A DNA stretch of 64,000 nt from Paraspadella gotoi. Lineage: Eukaryota > Animalia > Chaetognatha. The notes beneath the pieces are model-generated. The model saw only the letters and a list, made by a program, of their open reading frames with translations. It did no database searches and had not been told where the DNA came from. The stretch is from NCBI GenBank assembly GCA_051294375.1, contig CM119266.1, positions 13,038,924 to 13,102,923 of the forward strand. The letters run 5' to 3'. Positions 23,327 to 37,364 of this stretch are shown here, piece after piece. The position numbers and the translations under genes were made by a program. Position 1 is the first letter of the stretch. The number at the start of each line of letters is the position of its first letter.

Positions 23327-26300
23327 TCCCTTCTCCCGGAGAAGAATTCCGTTCACGTTCGCGAAAAGCTTAATGGCGAATGATAACAAAAGAAAAAGAA
23401 TGATGGGAAAACGGGGTCCATTTAAAGCGAAAAAAAGAAGAGGAAAAAGAAAAAAAAAAGAATAAAACATTGGGATTTGCATGAAAAAGAAGTATTCAGA
23501 AAAAAAAAAGCAGGTGCTCGTTTTTCACCTGAGCCAGCTGTGCCTTTTTTCGGCGCTTACGAAGCGTCTACATGGAATAAAAGAAATCTATTTTTATTCA
23601 TTTTTTTATATATTATATATTATATGTATTATTTCTCCTCAAATTTTTATTTGTGGCTCTTTTGAGGGTCAACGATTTCTGCTCTCGAGGTCGTTCGGCG
23701 TCCAAAGAGAAATTCTTTTGACTCGCGTAGGAATTCGTAAAGGTCCAGAGTTCGAGACTGGATGTAGCTAAAAAATTTAATAGTAAATAGTAAGAGCGCA
23801 AGTAAAAGCTTTTCAAAATGACCAAAACCGAGAGCTTTTGGAAGCAACAATATATAATCCAAATGAGACCCATAACAATTTCAACAACCAGTCTTCTCGC
23901 GACCCACTCACTCACTCCTTCATCGCACCCGTCCANNNNNNNNNNNNNNNNNNNNNNNNNNNNNNNNNNNNNNNNNNNNNNNNNNNNNNNNNNNNNNNNN
24001 NNNNNNNNNNNNNNNNNNNNNNNNNNNNNNNNNNNNNNNNNNNNNNNNNNNNNNNNNNNNNNNNNNNNNNNNNNNNNNNNNNNNNNNNNNNNNNNNNNNN
24101 NNNNNNNNNNNNNNNNNNNNNNNNNNNNNNNNNNNNNNNNNNNNNNNNNNNNNNNNNNNNNNNNNNNNNNNNNNNNNNNNNNNNNNNNNNNNNNNNNNNN
24201 NNNNNNNNNNNNNNNNNNNNNNNNNNNNNNNNNNNNNNNNNNNNNNNNNNNNNNNNNNNNNNNNNNNNNNNNNNNNNNNNNNNNNNNNNNNNNNNNNNNN
24301 NNNNNNNNNNNNNNNNNNNNNNNNNNNNNNNNNNNNNNNNNNNNNNNNNNNNNNNNNNNNNNNNNNNNNNNNNNNNNNNNNNNNNNNNNNNNNNNNNNNN
24401 NNNNNNNNNNNNNNNNNNNNNNNNNNNNNNNNNNNNNNNNNNNNNNNNNNNNNNNNNNNNNNNNNNNNNNNNNNNNNNNNNNNNNNNNNNNNNNNNNNNN
24501 NNNNNNNNNNNNNNNNNNNNNNNNNNNNNNNNNNNNNNNNNNNNNNNNNNNNNNNNNNNNNNNNNNNNNNNNNNNNNNNNNNNNNNNNNNNNNNNNNNNN
24601 NNNNNNNNNNNNNNNNNNNNNNNNNNNNNNNNNNNNNNNNNNNNNNNNNNNNNNNNNNNNNNNNNNNNNNNNNNNNNNNNNNNNNNNNNNNNNNNNNNNN
24701 NNNNNNNNNNNNNNNNNNNNNNNNNNNNNNNNNNNNNNNNNNNNNNNNNNNNNNNNNNNNNNNNNNNNNNNNNNNNNNNNNNNNNNNNNNNNNNNNNNNN
24801 NNNNNNNNNNNNNNNNNNNNNNNNNNNNNNNNNNNNNNNNNNNNNNNNNNNNNNNNNNNNNNNNNNNNNNNNNNNNNNNNNNNNNNNNNNNNNNNNTCGC
24901 TTGCTAATGATTTTTCTACGCGAGATAGACAAAGAAACCGAATGATTTTTATTTCAATTTTGAGTTAATGATTGTTTGCCTCTGGTTGATGGTTATGATT
25001 TTATGGCTCCATCGATAATCAATAAATGATAAATATAGAACATTGCGACGACGCATACAACCCTAGATAAAATCTATTTTCGATCATTTGCCTATTAGTC
25101 GTCATAACTACCTAAATCTAATTCTTATAACTGTCACTACATACATTGATCAAAAATAAAAAATATCAACGACCACCCACGGACGCAGAGTGCGCTCTGC
25201 AGCAGTATTCTGCAACAGCGCAGTCCGCAGCAGACTCACGTTATGAGGATATTCCGAGATTCGAAAGGGAATAAAAGATTCGGACAAACGGAACNNNNNN
25301 NNNNNNNNNNNNNNNNNNNNNNNNNNNNNNNNNNNNNNNNNNNNNNNNNNNNNNNNNNNNNNNNNNNNNNNNNNNNNNNNNNNNNNNNNNNNNNNNNNNN
25401 NNNNNNNNNNNNNNNNNNNNNNNNNNNNNNNNNNNNNNNNNNNNNNNNNNTTTTTGTCGATGGGATTTTTGAGGGATGGAAAGGGAGAAAGGGTCGTTTC
25501 AAATGGAAGAGAAGTGATAAAAAGAGTGACAGAGGAGTGATAAGATGAGGAAATTTACTGAAATTTAAGGAGGAATTTGATAAAAGAAGATTGGAAATAT
25601 GTAAAATAACATTCTTTGTACTATAAAAAAGGATTGCAAAAGAGTGGACAAAGAGAGAACGCAAGATTATGAATAAAGAGGAGAGAGAGAAAAAAGTAAT
25701 AATAGAAGTTGAAAGTGTGAAGATCACAGAAGTCGAGAAATAGGAAAAAAGAAAAATGAAGAAAGAAGAGTTAGGGGGCGTGGAGGGAAGGGGGGGAGGG
25801 GGGGCGGGGGGGGGGGGGCGAGAGGAAGGTGAGACCGCAGACTGCGAGGACTATGGGGATCAATCTTCACGCTTTTTTGATTTCCCTTCGCGCGGAAAAA
25901 CGATGAAGGGATTCTTTCCTTCGTTTTTTCTTCTCTTCTTTTTTCTTTTCTTTTCTTTTCTTTTCTTTTCTTTTCTTATCTTTTTTCTTTGTTCTTTCTT
26001 TCTTTCTTTCTTGTCTTTTCTTTACTCTTCTCTTTCTTTCTTTCTTTCTTCCTTTGCTTTGTCCTGTTCTTTATATTTCTTTTAAGTTGATTTTCCCAGA
26101 TTCTGTAGAGGCTATTACTCTTTTTTTTTTTCATTTACATTTTCTTTTGTTTTATTATAACGGACGGTTGGTATAGGTCCTCTTTTTCTTTGCCTCATTT
26201 TCTTCCTATCGTATATGTATCAAGTTATTTTTTTGGTTTTTGATTTCGTGTGACTATATTTTTGTTATTTTTGTCGCTTTCTTTTTGACGTTTGTTCTTT

Positions 26301-27336
26301 CTATTAACCGTTGTTTGTCCTGCGACTCTATAACTTCGTCGTTTACTTAATTTTTCTTCTTTTCTTCCTAATCCGTTTTTTCGTATGATTCTTTCTTTCG
26401 TTTCTTCTTTTATTTTCTTTTAGGAAATTCTTTTTTGTTCAGGTTGAGGTTTTGTGTCTCTTTTAAATCCTTTTGTTTTTCTTCTTTTCGTAATTGTTTC
26501 TGTTCCTTTAAACTTTTCTTTTCTCTGGAAATACACTATCTTTACTCAACCCTGATGAACCTGTTTCTTTGTTAAAGTTGTTATATTTAAATTTTGTAAA
26601 TGGCAAAGATGTATTTCAGTTAAATTAAATTGTTGGGGATTCTTATTCTTATTGGGTTCTTTTAATTCCCTCCGTTTTTTTTTTCTCCCTACTTCCGCCT
26701 TTTATGTCTCTACTTATCTCTTAATCTTTCTATATTTATGTCCCAATTTTTTTTTTAATTTTTCTTATTTTTCCACTTATTTGTTTAAGTTTCTCTTTCC
26801 TGTGGTCTTGTTTTCTTTCTTTTTTGTCTTCTTTTCTTTTTTTCCTCTCGCCCTTTCTTTCTTGTCTTTCTTTTCTTTCTTCTTGTATCTGTTCCATTCT
26901 TTCTTTTTTCTTTCTTGTTCTTCCTTTCTTTTATCTTCTTCTGGTTCATTTCTCTTTTTTACTTTCTCTTTCTGCTTTTTTTAGTCTTTTTCCTTCTTCT
27001 TCTTTCTTTCTTTTTTTCTTCACCAAACTTCTCTAGTGAAATGGAAACCAATTCCTTTCTTTTCTCTGGAATGGATAAGTTTAGGAATAAAACCAGTCAA
27101 AGAAAAAAATCTTTCGCAAGTGTTCCCGCCTATAGCTGACATCGACAGGGACGAAAAATAAGTAAGACTGGAGCGCCTGTCAGCACTGCCTGAGCATCCG
27201 CTGGTGGCTTCGCGGAAATGAATAATCGAGCCTATTGAGTTAATTATAGGGACTCTGATTGGAGCAGTACGGACTGGACAGGCCAATAAGACGAGAGAGA
27301 GAGAGGAGAAGAGGAGAGATGAGAGAGAGGAGACGA

Positions 27337-27368
<32 letters not shown>

Positions 27369-27387
27369 TGAGAGAGAGAGAGAGGAA

Positions 27388-27418
<31 letters not shown>

Positions 27419-30400
27419 AAAATTTTATGCTATGGAAGGTTAGAGTGTGGGTATGAGAGTCCGTTAGCGGTGTGCAATCCGCAACGGCGGGAAAGAAGAC
27501 CACGGGGAGTAAACGCGCACAGAGGGAGATGTCTTACGAGTTTGGGTTAGCCCTGGGGGGTGAGGGACGGCCGTTCAGAAAAGAAGCCGGACGACCTTGG
27601 GGGTGGCAAAGATGGACACAAGGAAGGGAAAATACAAGGAGGCGACCCTCAGAAGGAGAGGGTAGGGAAGGGAGCGCCATGGTGGTTCAGCCCAGACCGT
27701 TCATGGCTACTAAAGGGGTTATAGAAGTTACGGGATAGTAGGGGTCGATATTGAATCATATCAGAACCACACACATGTAGCCGTGCGCTTTATATACACA
27801 AAACAATAATGTGTTGGAATGAGGTTAAACATATTTCACAAGATTCCAGTTCAATTAGATCATCAAGACAAACAATTTTTGCGTAAAAGAAATTAAATTA
27901 ATTGATAATTGCCTAATTAATTTAATAATTAGACTATGAATAAATTAATTATTAATAATAATTAATTTGTTATAGAAAATGATCAGTGAGGCAGATCACG
28001 GACAGGTATGTTTGCAATTGCAAAACTTGTTTTTGTCTCAAGACTTATAGGCCTCACGAATTTAGATCAAAACGCAAGAGACGACATTACAAATATATAA
28101 TTTTTGTTTGTCCGCGAATCTTTGTATTTGTCCAATCATTTTTTATTTTTTCGCTTCATTAGTTATTAGAGTTGAAATTTAGAAAAGCAAGGAGAATGAA
28201 TTCAATTTTTAAAGGTTATGGTTTTTTTGATTGCACTACACTCATCTTTTGACGATCCATCGATTCTTGTCCTTTCATCGTTAATTCTTCTCTCACTTTG
28301 CTCAATCCGCGAACGCCGACCGTTCTTATTTTATATGGCGAACGGCGTCTTCCTATCGCCGAAGAGTGGATAGATGCCGCTCTCCCGTCTTGCCCGCACC
28401 AGCGAACACCGATTTTGGAATGGCGGCGCTTCCGGCGATCGGGTGACGACCTGCGCCGCTCACGGAGAAAAATAGGCATTCCGGAACGCACGGACTCCCG
28501 CTACGGAGCAATCTCGACCCAAATTTCGGAGATCAGCGATGGTTCGTGTTCGTTTTTTTGGTCTTTTGTTCGTTTGTTCGTCACGTCCGTCACCAGATTT
28601 AAATAGTATTATTTTTGTATTTAGTCACCCACAGAAACCGTATTCTACTCTAAAATGTGTGGTCGATACTATTTGGTAAACTTGTTCCAAAGCTTTTGTC
28701 AAATTTCGAAACTAAATCGTATTGAAGTGAGTTTCACACGAAGATAAGGTTTAAATGAGATTGCCTTATTGGCAATGATATATAAACTCAAATTTTTATT
28801 TTAACTTTAGTTATTTCTCCGTCAATTTGTCAAAGAAATGACCCTCTACATCAACAAAACAGCGTCAAACGCGGGAAATAGTAGTAGATATGCAGGGTTA
28901 TTATATATCAGTAAGGAGTCCGTGATTCCGATTGTCGCCGAGTTAGGCCTTGCCCCTGTTGTGATTCCTGTACCTTTCCATGTACTTAAATATGTTATGA
29001 AGTTTATTTTTTTTAACTGTAAAGCGCACTATTGAATATTTTACGTTTTTAAATTTAAACCGCACTGTAATATGCAAATGAGAAATTAAAGGACAAATGA
29101 TTTCTCCAATATAAAAATCGAATATTGGGGGCAGATAAATATAAAATAACTGCATTGTCTTATCTGCAACGAGTAATATTTATTTGTAACATACAAGTTA
29201 AGTCACTCTTAAAATTTTATATTTTTTTTGAAAAAAATAGAATAAACAAATATTCTAATTATAATTAATTAATTGTGATTAGTATCAAAAATTATTAAAA
29301 GGGATTTTAAAGTAATTCAATCTTTTAACGTCATTTAGGAAAAAAATAATTATTAAAATTTTAGCACAATCTGGGAAGAAAATTTGAATGTGGCAGCAAG
29401 ACTTAAGGGGACCAGTGATAAAAATGATATCATAAGTCATAATTTTTTCTTCGCGCGGGAAAGTGGAGAAAAATTCCCATCTTCTTCGTGCAATTCGACA
29501 AGGACTGAGTTATTTATTGGATAAAAATGGTTAAATTGAATTCCCCCTAAATACTAATAGCGCTCCATTCTCTGTACTTTTCACTTTGGAAGTACATTTT
29601 TTACCATGAATTTTGAATTATTTATTTAATTAAGCAGAAAGCTGAATTCTTGCGTATTTGGGCCTCTTTAATAAATGAATTTTAATGGTAGGTATTTAAT
29701 ATTTTTCAGAATGCGCACAGGAAAGTACAAGAAAAAAAAACCAAATCCCTCTTAAAATTTCAAAAACAAGGATGTTATTAATCAATATTGGTAAAGCACT
29801 CTTGTCATGACCCCTGAAAATATCTTTCCTGGTTTCCTTGACTACTTGTTACAGCCAAACTGATGGAATTTTAAAGGAGAGATAAAGAGCGGCTTCCTTC
29901 TTCTCATACTTGTATTAATGTTGGAGGTTACATTTCTATCCATTAGTGAATTGATTTGAAAGGAAAAAATGATTTAAAATTTAATGTCCTTACCATAATA
30001 TTCATAACTATTACCCGATTTAGTTTTATTTTTTTTTAATTTTTTTAAAGAAAAAATAATCAGCGTAAGAGGTGGCCCAGACGGAAAGTGAATGAAACTC
30101 ACATCCGTACGGAACCAAACTGGACAAATTTCAACAATGAAATAACATTTAATATCTTAATAACAATTTTTCAACAGAAAACCACTACAAACTACGGCAC
30201 TCTAAGGGTACAAGAGTAACAAAGAGTTTCGTATACATCGTCTATCGTCTTTGTTGAATCATTTTAGTTCGCTAAAAATGTTCCGACCGGGCACAAATTA
30301 TCAAAACTTGAATTGATAAGTAAATAGAAATGGGCTATGTTGTTTTATGCATAATTTTTATGGTTTATTTCTTTTCCTCTTCAATCTCTATCTCACTCGT

Positions 30401-32474
30401 TATAATAAAATTTATAAGTAGGGGAGCTACGTCGTAATCTGAGAAATCGAGGAAGACTTTTTCACAAATGGAGAATTTTCGTTAAAGATCTGACCTCCCA
30501 AAATAATGTCAACGATGCCCCTAGGGAAGAAATTTCAGTTTGTAAAAAATAGGATGTAAAAACAACTCGACTTCCGATCCCTGTTACATCTCAAGGGCTC
30601 GCATTTTCTCTCTCTCTTGACAAATACCATAATCTTTCGACATCAAAACCATCAGATTTCAAATGGACTGGTCCGCTCGAAAATATTTTCGATCGTCAAT
30701 TTTAAATTATTATTATACATATTAAAGGGGAATTTCTCCCAAGTTCAATACAATGTCACGCATTTAACATATGTTTGAATTTCTAAACCAATAAAAACTT
30801 CGAATTCAGGAATCCGATAGCCATATGCTTCCTGAAGGGCTCTCAAAATTTTTCTTTAACATTTTATTTGGTTTATTTTAATATGATACGATAATGGTAA
30901 AATGAATTAGTCCCATTTTCGGGTGAAATTTTTATTTAAAAGTAAAGTAAAAGGAGGTATGCTAACGATCAGGAATTCTAGAGAGTTTTCAACGCGGTAG
31001 TCAGATTTCGGAACAAAAACTTATATGGCGAAAATCTTCCAAAGAAAGGGGTGGATTTTCCGAAGATTTGGTTAATATTTTCTATATTTATTGGTCGGAT
31101 TGATGTTTGAAACTTAAAAATAGGCATATTGCCGAGCATCTACATTGGCCGGCCAAAGAATATATTAAAATAACATTTGAACTTTTTATCGTCGAGAGCT
31201 TAGTCCCTATTTATAAGGCAATTTGATTAATCAGAGTTTACAACGATATTTTTAATTTTTCAAAAGAAACGTTTTCGAAATCCGTTCGACGTTCGGCCTT
31301 TGAATGCACAGCCTTCATCAGCGTTCAAATATTTGTTGATCCTGTTAGATGAGCATTTTTTGTGTGAAAGAAAGGGAGGAGAGAGTGTAGAGAGCCCACT
31401 TGGCTCCTCCTGCGTCGCGAGGTAGGCGTTGGCCGTCGTGAGAGAGACGTAAACGTAAATCTGACACGGATCTCGAACGCGAAAAGAAAAGAGAAAAGAC
31501 TCGAAAATGGACCAAATAATGAGACGAAATAAAATATGTAATGAATATAATCGAGCAATAAATCAACGCAGAAAATGACGTGAATCAAGCAAAAAAATCG
31601 TACAAAAATCCGGAGAAAATAGTCCGACGTTCCGTAGAAAATAACCGGAGAAATTAGTTTCGTGTCCAAAGAAAATCGTAAGCAAATCGTGATCAAAGTG
31701 AACTAAACTCGGTCTGTCTGGTCCTTGTCGCAAGTAAAGTTAGAGAGTAGATAGGCAAGTATCTGGTCATTTATAATGTTATTTTAAATATTTTTAGCAT
31801 TTACTGAATAGCGAAATGAAATGTCAATATTATTGATGTAACATTTCCAAATCAATTGACAGCCACGCGTTGAAAAAATAATCTACAAAAAATGGTCATT
31901 TTCATGCCCAATTTTTAAAACAAATTGGGCGTTCGTTAAAATTTTCTTTTGGTTCCACTTAAATTTTTAGGCTTTGGCTGAGTGTCCTAATTGGTATCAA
32001 AAAGAATTGATTTTCTTTAATATCTTTTTGAACCAAAAATTATAGAACGATGAGCTGGTATCAATATTAAAAGCATAATATGGGGCACTTTTCCAATATA
32101 TTTTTTTCTAAATATTTCCATCAGCTCGGCTCATATGGCGGAGCAGGCTAAAAATCATCTATTACCAAGGTCCGTAGCGTCCCGGTCCCCGACATCTAAA
32201 GAGGTTCAATACAAAAAGTCCGTCTCAACTTTTGTAATATAAAACAAGTTTTGAACAAACAATGTCAGATCTGCCCACGATCATTATCGTTAATTAATTA
32301 AAATTTCAAGTTACCATTAATTCAATAATTAGGAAATTAATTAATTTGATTCGAAATGGGTTGTTTTAATTGATTAATTGACTTTAATTAATTATTTGAA
32401 AATTAAGACATCTTGGCCATTTACCATTTAATATAAAAGAAAAAAGAATCATTATCAAATTAGTGATATCAGGG

Positions 32475-34400
32475 TTTTTATAGTCGGATCGTGCTATAAT
32501 ATATCAGCAGATCCCGACCTACTATAATACTCACTTTGTCGGGTCCGTTCGGTCGTCCCCTTCGAGAGGTCGGGCACTACACTTTATAGTATGGTCAGAA
32601 CATCGAATTAATGATAAATTAATGAGAAAAAAAACGATGTCGTAAACACGTACCCGTCTTCCGTCCTCTCTTTTCCGTCCGTGCCGTCCACCGTTCCCGT
32701 CCGAGTCCGTCCACCTTAGGAAAACCTCCCAATTACTAGCGTAGATTGGATATGGAATGGATTGTTTTATGATTATTGTTGTGGGGTAGGAAACTGTGTG
32801 ATTGAATGGATCATTAAGTTTTGAGGGAATGTGCGAGTTGGAAATTGGTTTAAATGGAAAGCAAAAAAAATATATTTCACTTTTGACGCGCCAATTGCTC
32901 AGGAGTGGATAGGGCCAATTGACTTTGAAAATTTTTGTATGATGGTAGGGAAGTGTGTGATTGAGATGGATATAAAGTTTCGATAGAATCGTGCATGGAA
33001 ATGAGAGTTATATAAAATGGAAAAAACAAAAGTTCATTTTTACTTTGAAAGTTTGAGCTTATTTACTCATATATTATTATTGTTTTTATTTAAAAATTGA
33101 ATTTTGTGTGTGGTGCTCAAGCGAAAGTATGTGAATGAAAGCTGGATATAAATTTTTTGATGGAATCGTAGGAGTGGAAAAGAAGTTCAAATTAAGAAAA
33201 CCAAGACCACATTTATTTGAATCTCTCTCTTATCTCTTCTGATTGATTGATTGATTGACGCAAAATTATGCCAATTGACAAAAATATGCCAGTTGGAACC
33301 AAATTCTTAAAGTTGATACAAATTATGCCAGTTGACCAATTATCAGTTGACCAAAATTAAGCCAGTTGACCAAATTAGGCAGTTTGCAAAAAATTAGCCA
33401 GTTTGATAAAATTATGACCAGTTGACGAAATATGCCGGTTGACCAAATATCTTAAATTGATCAATTATGGTCAGTTTAACCAAATTATGTCCAGTTGACT
33501 AAATTATGTCAGTAGAACACAAATTAATGTCAAGTTAACAAATTATGTCAGTTGACCAAATTAATGCAGAGTTGATTAAAATTAATCAAGTTGACCAAAT
33601 AGCTTATTACCATTAATTATCGTTGAACCTGGAATTTTGTATGTGAGTAGAAAAGTGTGTGATTGAACAGAAAACCAAGTTTCGATGGAATCTTTTGAGT
33701 GGCAATGAGTTTAAATGGAAAAAAAACAAAAAACCTGTTTTTCCACATATTGATTATGGTTCTTTTGCCTTTTATATTAAAATGTATTGCAGGATGTATT
33801 AATAGTTCAAACTAATTAATCAGTTAATTAAGTCAATTAGTCATAATTAATACAATCATTAATTAATCAAGTCAATCAATCCGTCCAATGATTTATTGGT
33901 ACCGTCACCACCTTAGGCAAAAAGCTCTAATAATCGTCAAGATTGGACTGGTTGGGAGTTGAAAATGAAATATTTGATGAGAGACGGTAGGAAAGAGTTT
34001 GGTGACAGAAGCGAGATATACAAAAAGTTTTGACGGAATTTGTGCGCAGTGGAAATGAGTTTAAATGGCAAAAAAACATAAAGTACACACAATATTACTG
34101 AAATCTTTATTAAATTTATGATATACTAATTTATGATTACTATAAATGTTTTAATTAATTAATTAATGTGGAAAAAATGAGGCAATTTAAAAAATATTAT
34201 GTCAAGTTGAAATAATGCAGCAGAAAAATGATACAAGATTAAAATAAATCCTAAAAGCATAAGGAAATGGCGTCGTCTAATTGCATAAAGAGTAGAGAGA
34301 GAGCAGCCCAGAGAGCGCAGAAAAAGATGAGCATAAAGGACGATCGCAATTGCAAAGAGATAGAGAGAGCAGAGAGAAAGATAGAGAGTCCTGGATAAAA
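32475..34400 (+). mobile_element. Non-autonomous DINE-1/HINE (Helentron-associated)-like element with a GTCC microsatellite and internal tandem repeats
   Basis: It starts in a T-run with AGTCGGATC...AGCAGATCC (sub-terminal hairpin), followed by a degenerate (TCCG)n tract at about 32655-32712. Repeated units follow (AATTTTGTATGTGGGTAGGGAAGTGTGTGATTGA...AAGTTTCGATGGAATC...GGAAATGAGTTTAAATGG) at about 32780, 32930, 33100, 33630 and 33990. The right boundary is uncertain. Confidence 0.55.
33261..33600 (+). repeat. Degenerate 18-20 bp tandem minisatellite, consensus AAATTATGCCAGTTGACC, about 17 copies
   Basis: The units are contiguous and head-to-tail with no unique spacers. Confidence 0.85.
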
Positions 34401-34975
34401 ATAGTATGTTATTAATTAAAACTCACTGAATAAAAATACTTAAAAATACTTACAAAAATACATAAATATTGAATAAATTATATTACCGAATAAATCATTG
34501 TTAATCACATGCAATATTATGGTTCTAGTAAGGCCTAATGATCTAGTAAGGCGGGCCAAAAAATTGAACACTTTTTATAACTTCTAGTTCTTCCTTTAAA
34601 AATTTTTTTTTTCGCTTTTACTACTAAATCGATTTTCAATGTAAACTTTTTTGAATTAGTTCATTGGGTTGGTTTGCACTGGAAGCTTTTAAATATTTAT
34701 TAATAATTCAATAAAAGTTTTGACGGTGAAATTGTGCCAAGAGAGGGGAGGAAATGAGTTTAGATTGGAAGAAATCAATAAAGTTCACAATTTTACTGAA
34801 TCTTTTATATTAATGATTACTAATAAATGTTTTAAATTAACTAATTAATTAATGTAAAGAAAATGCATGCAAGCTTAAAAAAAATCTTAAAATGCATACA
34901 GAGCGTCGCAATTGCATAAAAGAGAGAGAGAGTGAGTGAGAGAGACCCGAGAGAGAGAGAGAGAGAGAGAGAAGG
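34020..34975 (+). repeat. Degenerate direct repeat pair (about 34020-34380 and about 34713-34975)
   Basis: Both read AAAAGTTTTGACGG...GGAAATGAGTTTA...TGATTACTA(A)TAAATGTTTTAA...AATTGCATAAA followed by (AG)n. Confidence 0.7.
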
Positions 34976-35157
34976 AGACAATAAAATAAAATCAGAGGAA
35001 TTTGTTTGTTTTGATAAAATGTAAACAAAACATATTTAATACTGTGCCTAACCCATTTAAAGGACATCGATGATGATAAGTTATATAAATTTAAAATTAT
35101 TTATTCAATTATTAAATTAATTTCATTAATCGATTAAATTAATTCAATTAATTATTG

Positions 35158-35646
35158 TAGGCAGATCCGACATTGGTTTGCTCAAACTTGTTTTTTTTTA
35201 ATTTTAAACTCATTTTCACTCAACATTCCATCGAAACTTAAATTTTCAGCTTAATCACACTTTCCAACCCACATACAAAATTTCAGGTCAATCGCCCCTT
35301 CCACTAAAATGAGTAATTGGATTTCAAATAGTGAAATAATATTTTTGTTTTTCCATTTTAACTCATTTCCACACTCGGAAGATGTCCATCGAAACTTCAT
35401 ATACAGCTCAATCACACACTTCCCTACCCACACAAAAAAATTTCTTCCAATCCATCCATCCAATCAACGATATGGACTTTTTGCTAAGGTGGGACGGACA
35501 TCGTTTTTTTTGGTATAAATTTATCATAATTTCGATTTTCTGACATGATATAAATATGTGGTTGCCTGGACAATATTGAGGAGAAAGCGACCGACAAAGT
35601 GAATTATAGAGTGGGGATCTGCTAATAAGCAGATCCGACTAAAAAA
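35158..35646 (-). mobile_element. Second, shorter, inverted copy of the same DINE/HINE-like element
   Basis: The reverse complement begins TTTTTTAGTCGGATCTGCTTATTAGCAGATCC (perfect 9-bp hairpin, 35615-35636), aligns with 32480-33025 and carries two internal units. It ends AAAACAAGTTTGAGCAAACCAATGTCGGATCTGCCTAC, a motif also seen at about 32241-32279 and 27989-28033. Confidence 0.6.
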
Positions 35647-37364
35647 TGTCCGTGTGACCTTAAAATTCGACACAATATATCGTTGGATGACTTCATATTT
35701 CGCGTCAGGAGTTACAGAGAAAAGAGAAAGAGAGAGAGGAAGAGAGAAGAGAGAGAGAGAGAGAGAGAGATCATGGTAATTTAGATAGAGGGCGCTATTT
35801 GATACAGGAGACGGATGCGGAGATTCTTTGGGGAGACAGATCGGTATATATAAGAGCTAATCCGTTTAGAAGGGTCGAGACAAGATATCCGGGAGAAAGG
35901 TACGGTTGCGTTTCCTGCAATACGTAAATATCCTTAATGTTGGGTTGAATAGTGCATCTCGAGATAGTTTAGAAATTCCGTTTGTTATAATATTTGTAGT
36001 ATTTTTGGTGTTTTCATGTCCATATTTGTTCCTTTATCTTCGGGCACAATAGTTATAAAGTTTTACTAAAAAAAAAATTGGTATTGTAAAAACTTCGCAA
36101 CACGTCTCGTGGCTTTCCCTGTTCATCAAACAAAATTTTTTTCTTCTTTTTTAAAAAAAATTGGGTAGTACATTTCGCTCATTGCTTTTCTCTCCGTAGC
36201 TTTAGCGATTTCTCCCTCTTTACGACTCGAATTCGTTCAACTAGAAGATAAATCTCCATCGATCGAAGGAAGATGTAATCGATCCCTCTGCACTATTTAT
36301 TACCTCCAGCTGAGTTGACGTATGGTCTTTTCGATCGCTCCGTCTTTCTCGGTCTTCTTTCAAAAACGTCTGACACATCTCAAACACGGAAACTCCTCAT
36401 TTACACTGTCTCTGTCGCACGAATTTTTCAATTTGTTCTGTCGATGCCCGGATCTGCGGTTCGGCCAACGAGATCCCATTGAAGTTTGGTTCTTCAAGCC
36501 TTAGCTCGCCTTGACATCAGCGACTCTTTTTGAGGCGGGCTTAGTCATGATATTTCTTTGTCTCGTGGACTTCTTCTCCAGGAGTATTTAATATAATATT
36601 AGTACTATTTGAAAACTCAGTCTTCTGAGCGAACTGAGTCAGTCGCACCAAGTACAATGTCGAGTTCTTGTATCACCATATTTTAAAGCGTGTCCTGCCA
36701 GTCCAGTTAGAGACACATGAGAGGTAACAAAAGTTCTGACGCAAAGGACGGTATGCCTTGATGTCAGAGACTGAGACCATGCGAAGCACAACTGAATTGC
36801 AACGAGGTCACCAAAAAAGATCGGTCGAGAGGTGATATCTTCTGGTTTTATAATTCAAGGGACCGGATAATAGGATGTTTGGTTCATTTTCCAGTTTAAG
36901 AAGACTGCGTATAGGCGATGAAACATCGTCAAATCCTCGATGCATTTAGTTAGACATCTGGATGAAATACAATGAGGAGCCGCACAAGATGCAATCCAGC
37001 CGACGGCATCAAGTTGCCGATCTAGAGAGAGGAGAAGATATATAAAATTAACCAAATTGTTCAGTAATTCATTGAACTATCGATCGGTAAGAGGGGATGG
37101 AGAGACCATAGCCCCTTTCTTTGGAGAGGAGAGAGGGACGGAGAGAAAGACATGACGAACATGTAAGACTAAGGATCACCGCATCTAATTTATACAATTT
37201 AAAAAAATTACTAGATCTCATACATAAAAATGATTTTGTCTTTTTCGTGGGACTAGAGGTTCGAGATCTGACAAGTCCACGACGACCCGTGTTGCCGTTA
37301 GTTTTACAATATACAATAGCCGAGTTCTTGTTTTTTTCTATACATAACAGCTTATTTTATCATA

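Noticed and set aside
33261-33600. CRISPR-like periodic array
   Set aside because: The units are contiguous with no unique spacers, there are no cas genes, and the context is eukaryotic. It is a minisatellite.
29403-34599. TTAAGGGG / TTAAAGGGG ... CCTTTAA ends suggesting Kolobok or Crypton-type elements
   Set aside because: No convincing paired termini or transposase could be matched in the noisy sequence.
36250-37055. Coding-like, possibly exon-structured blocks on the - strand
   Set aside because: They lie in noisy sequence with stops or frameshifts in the frames examined, and no protein family was recognisable.
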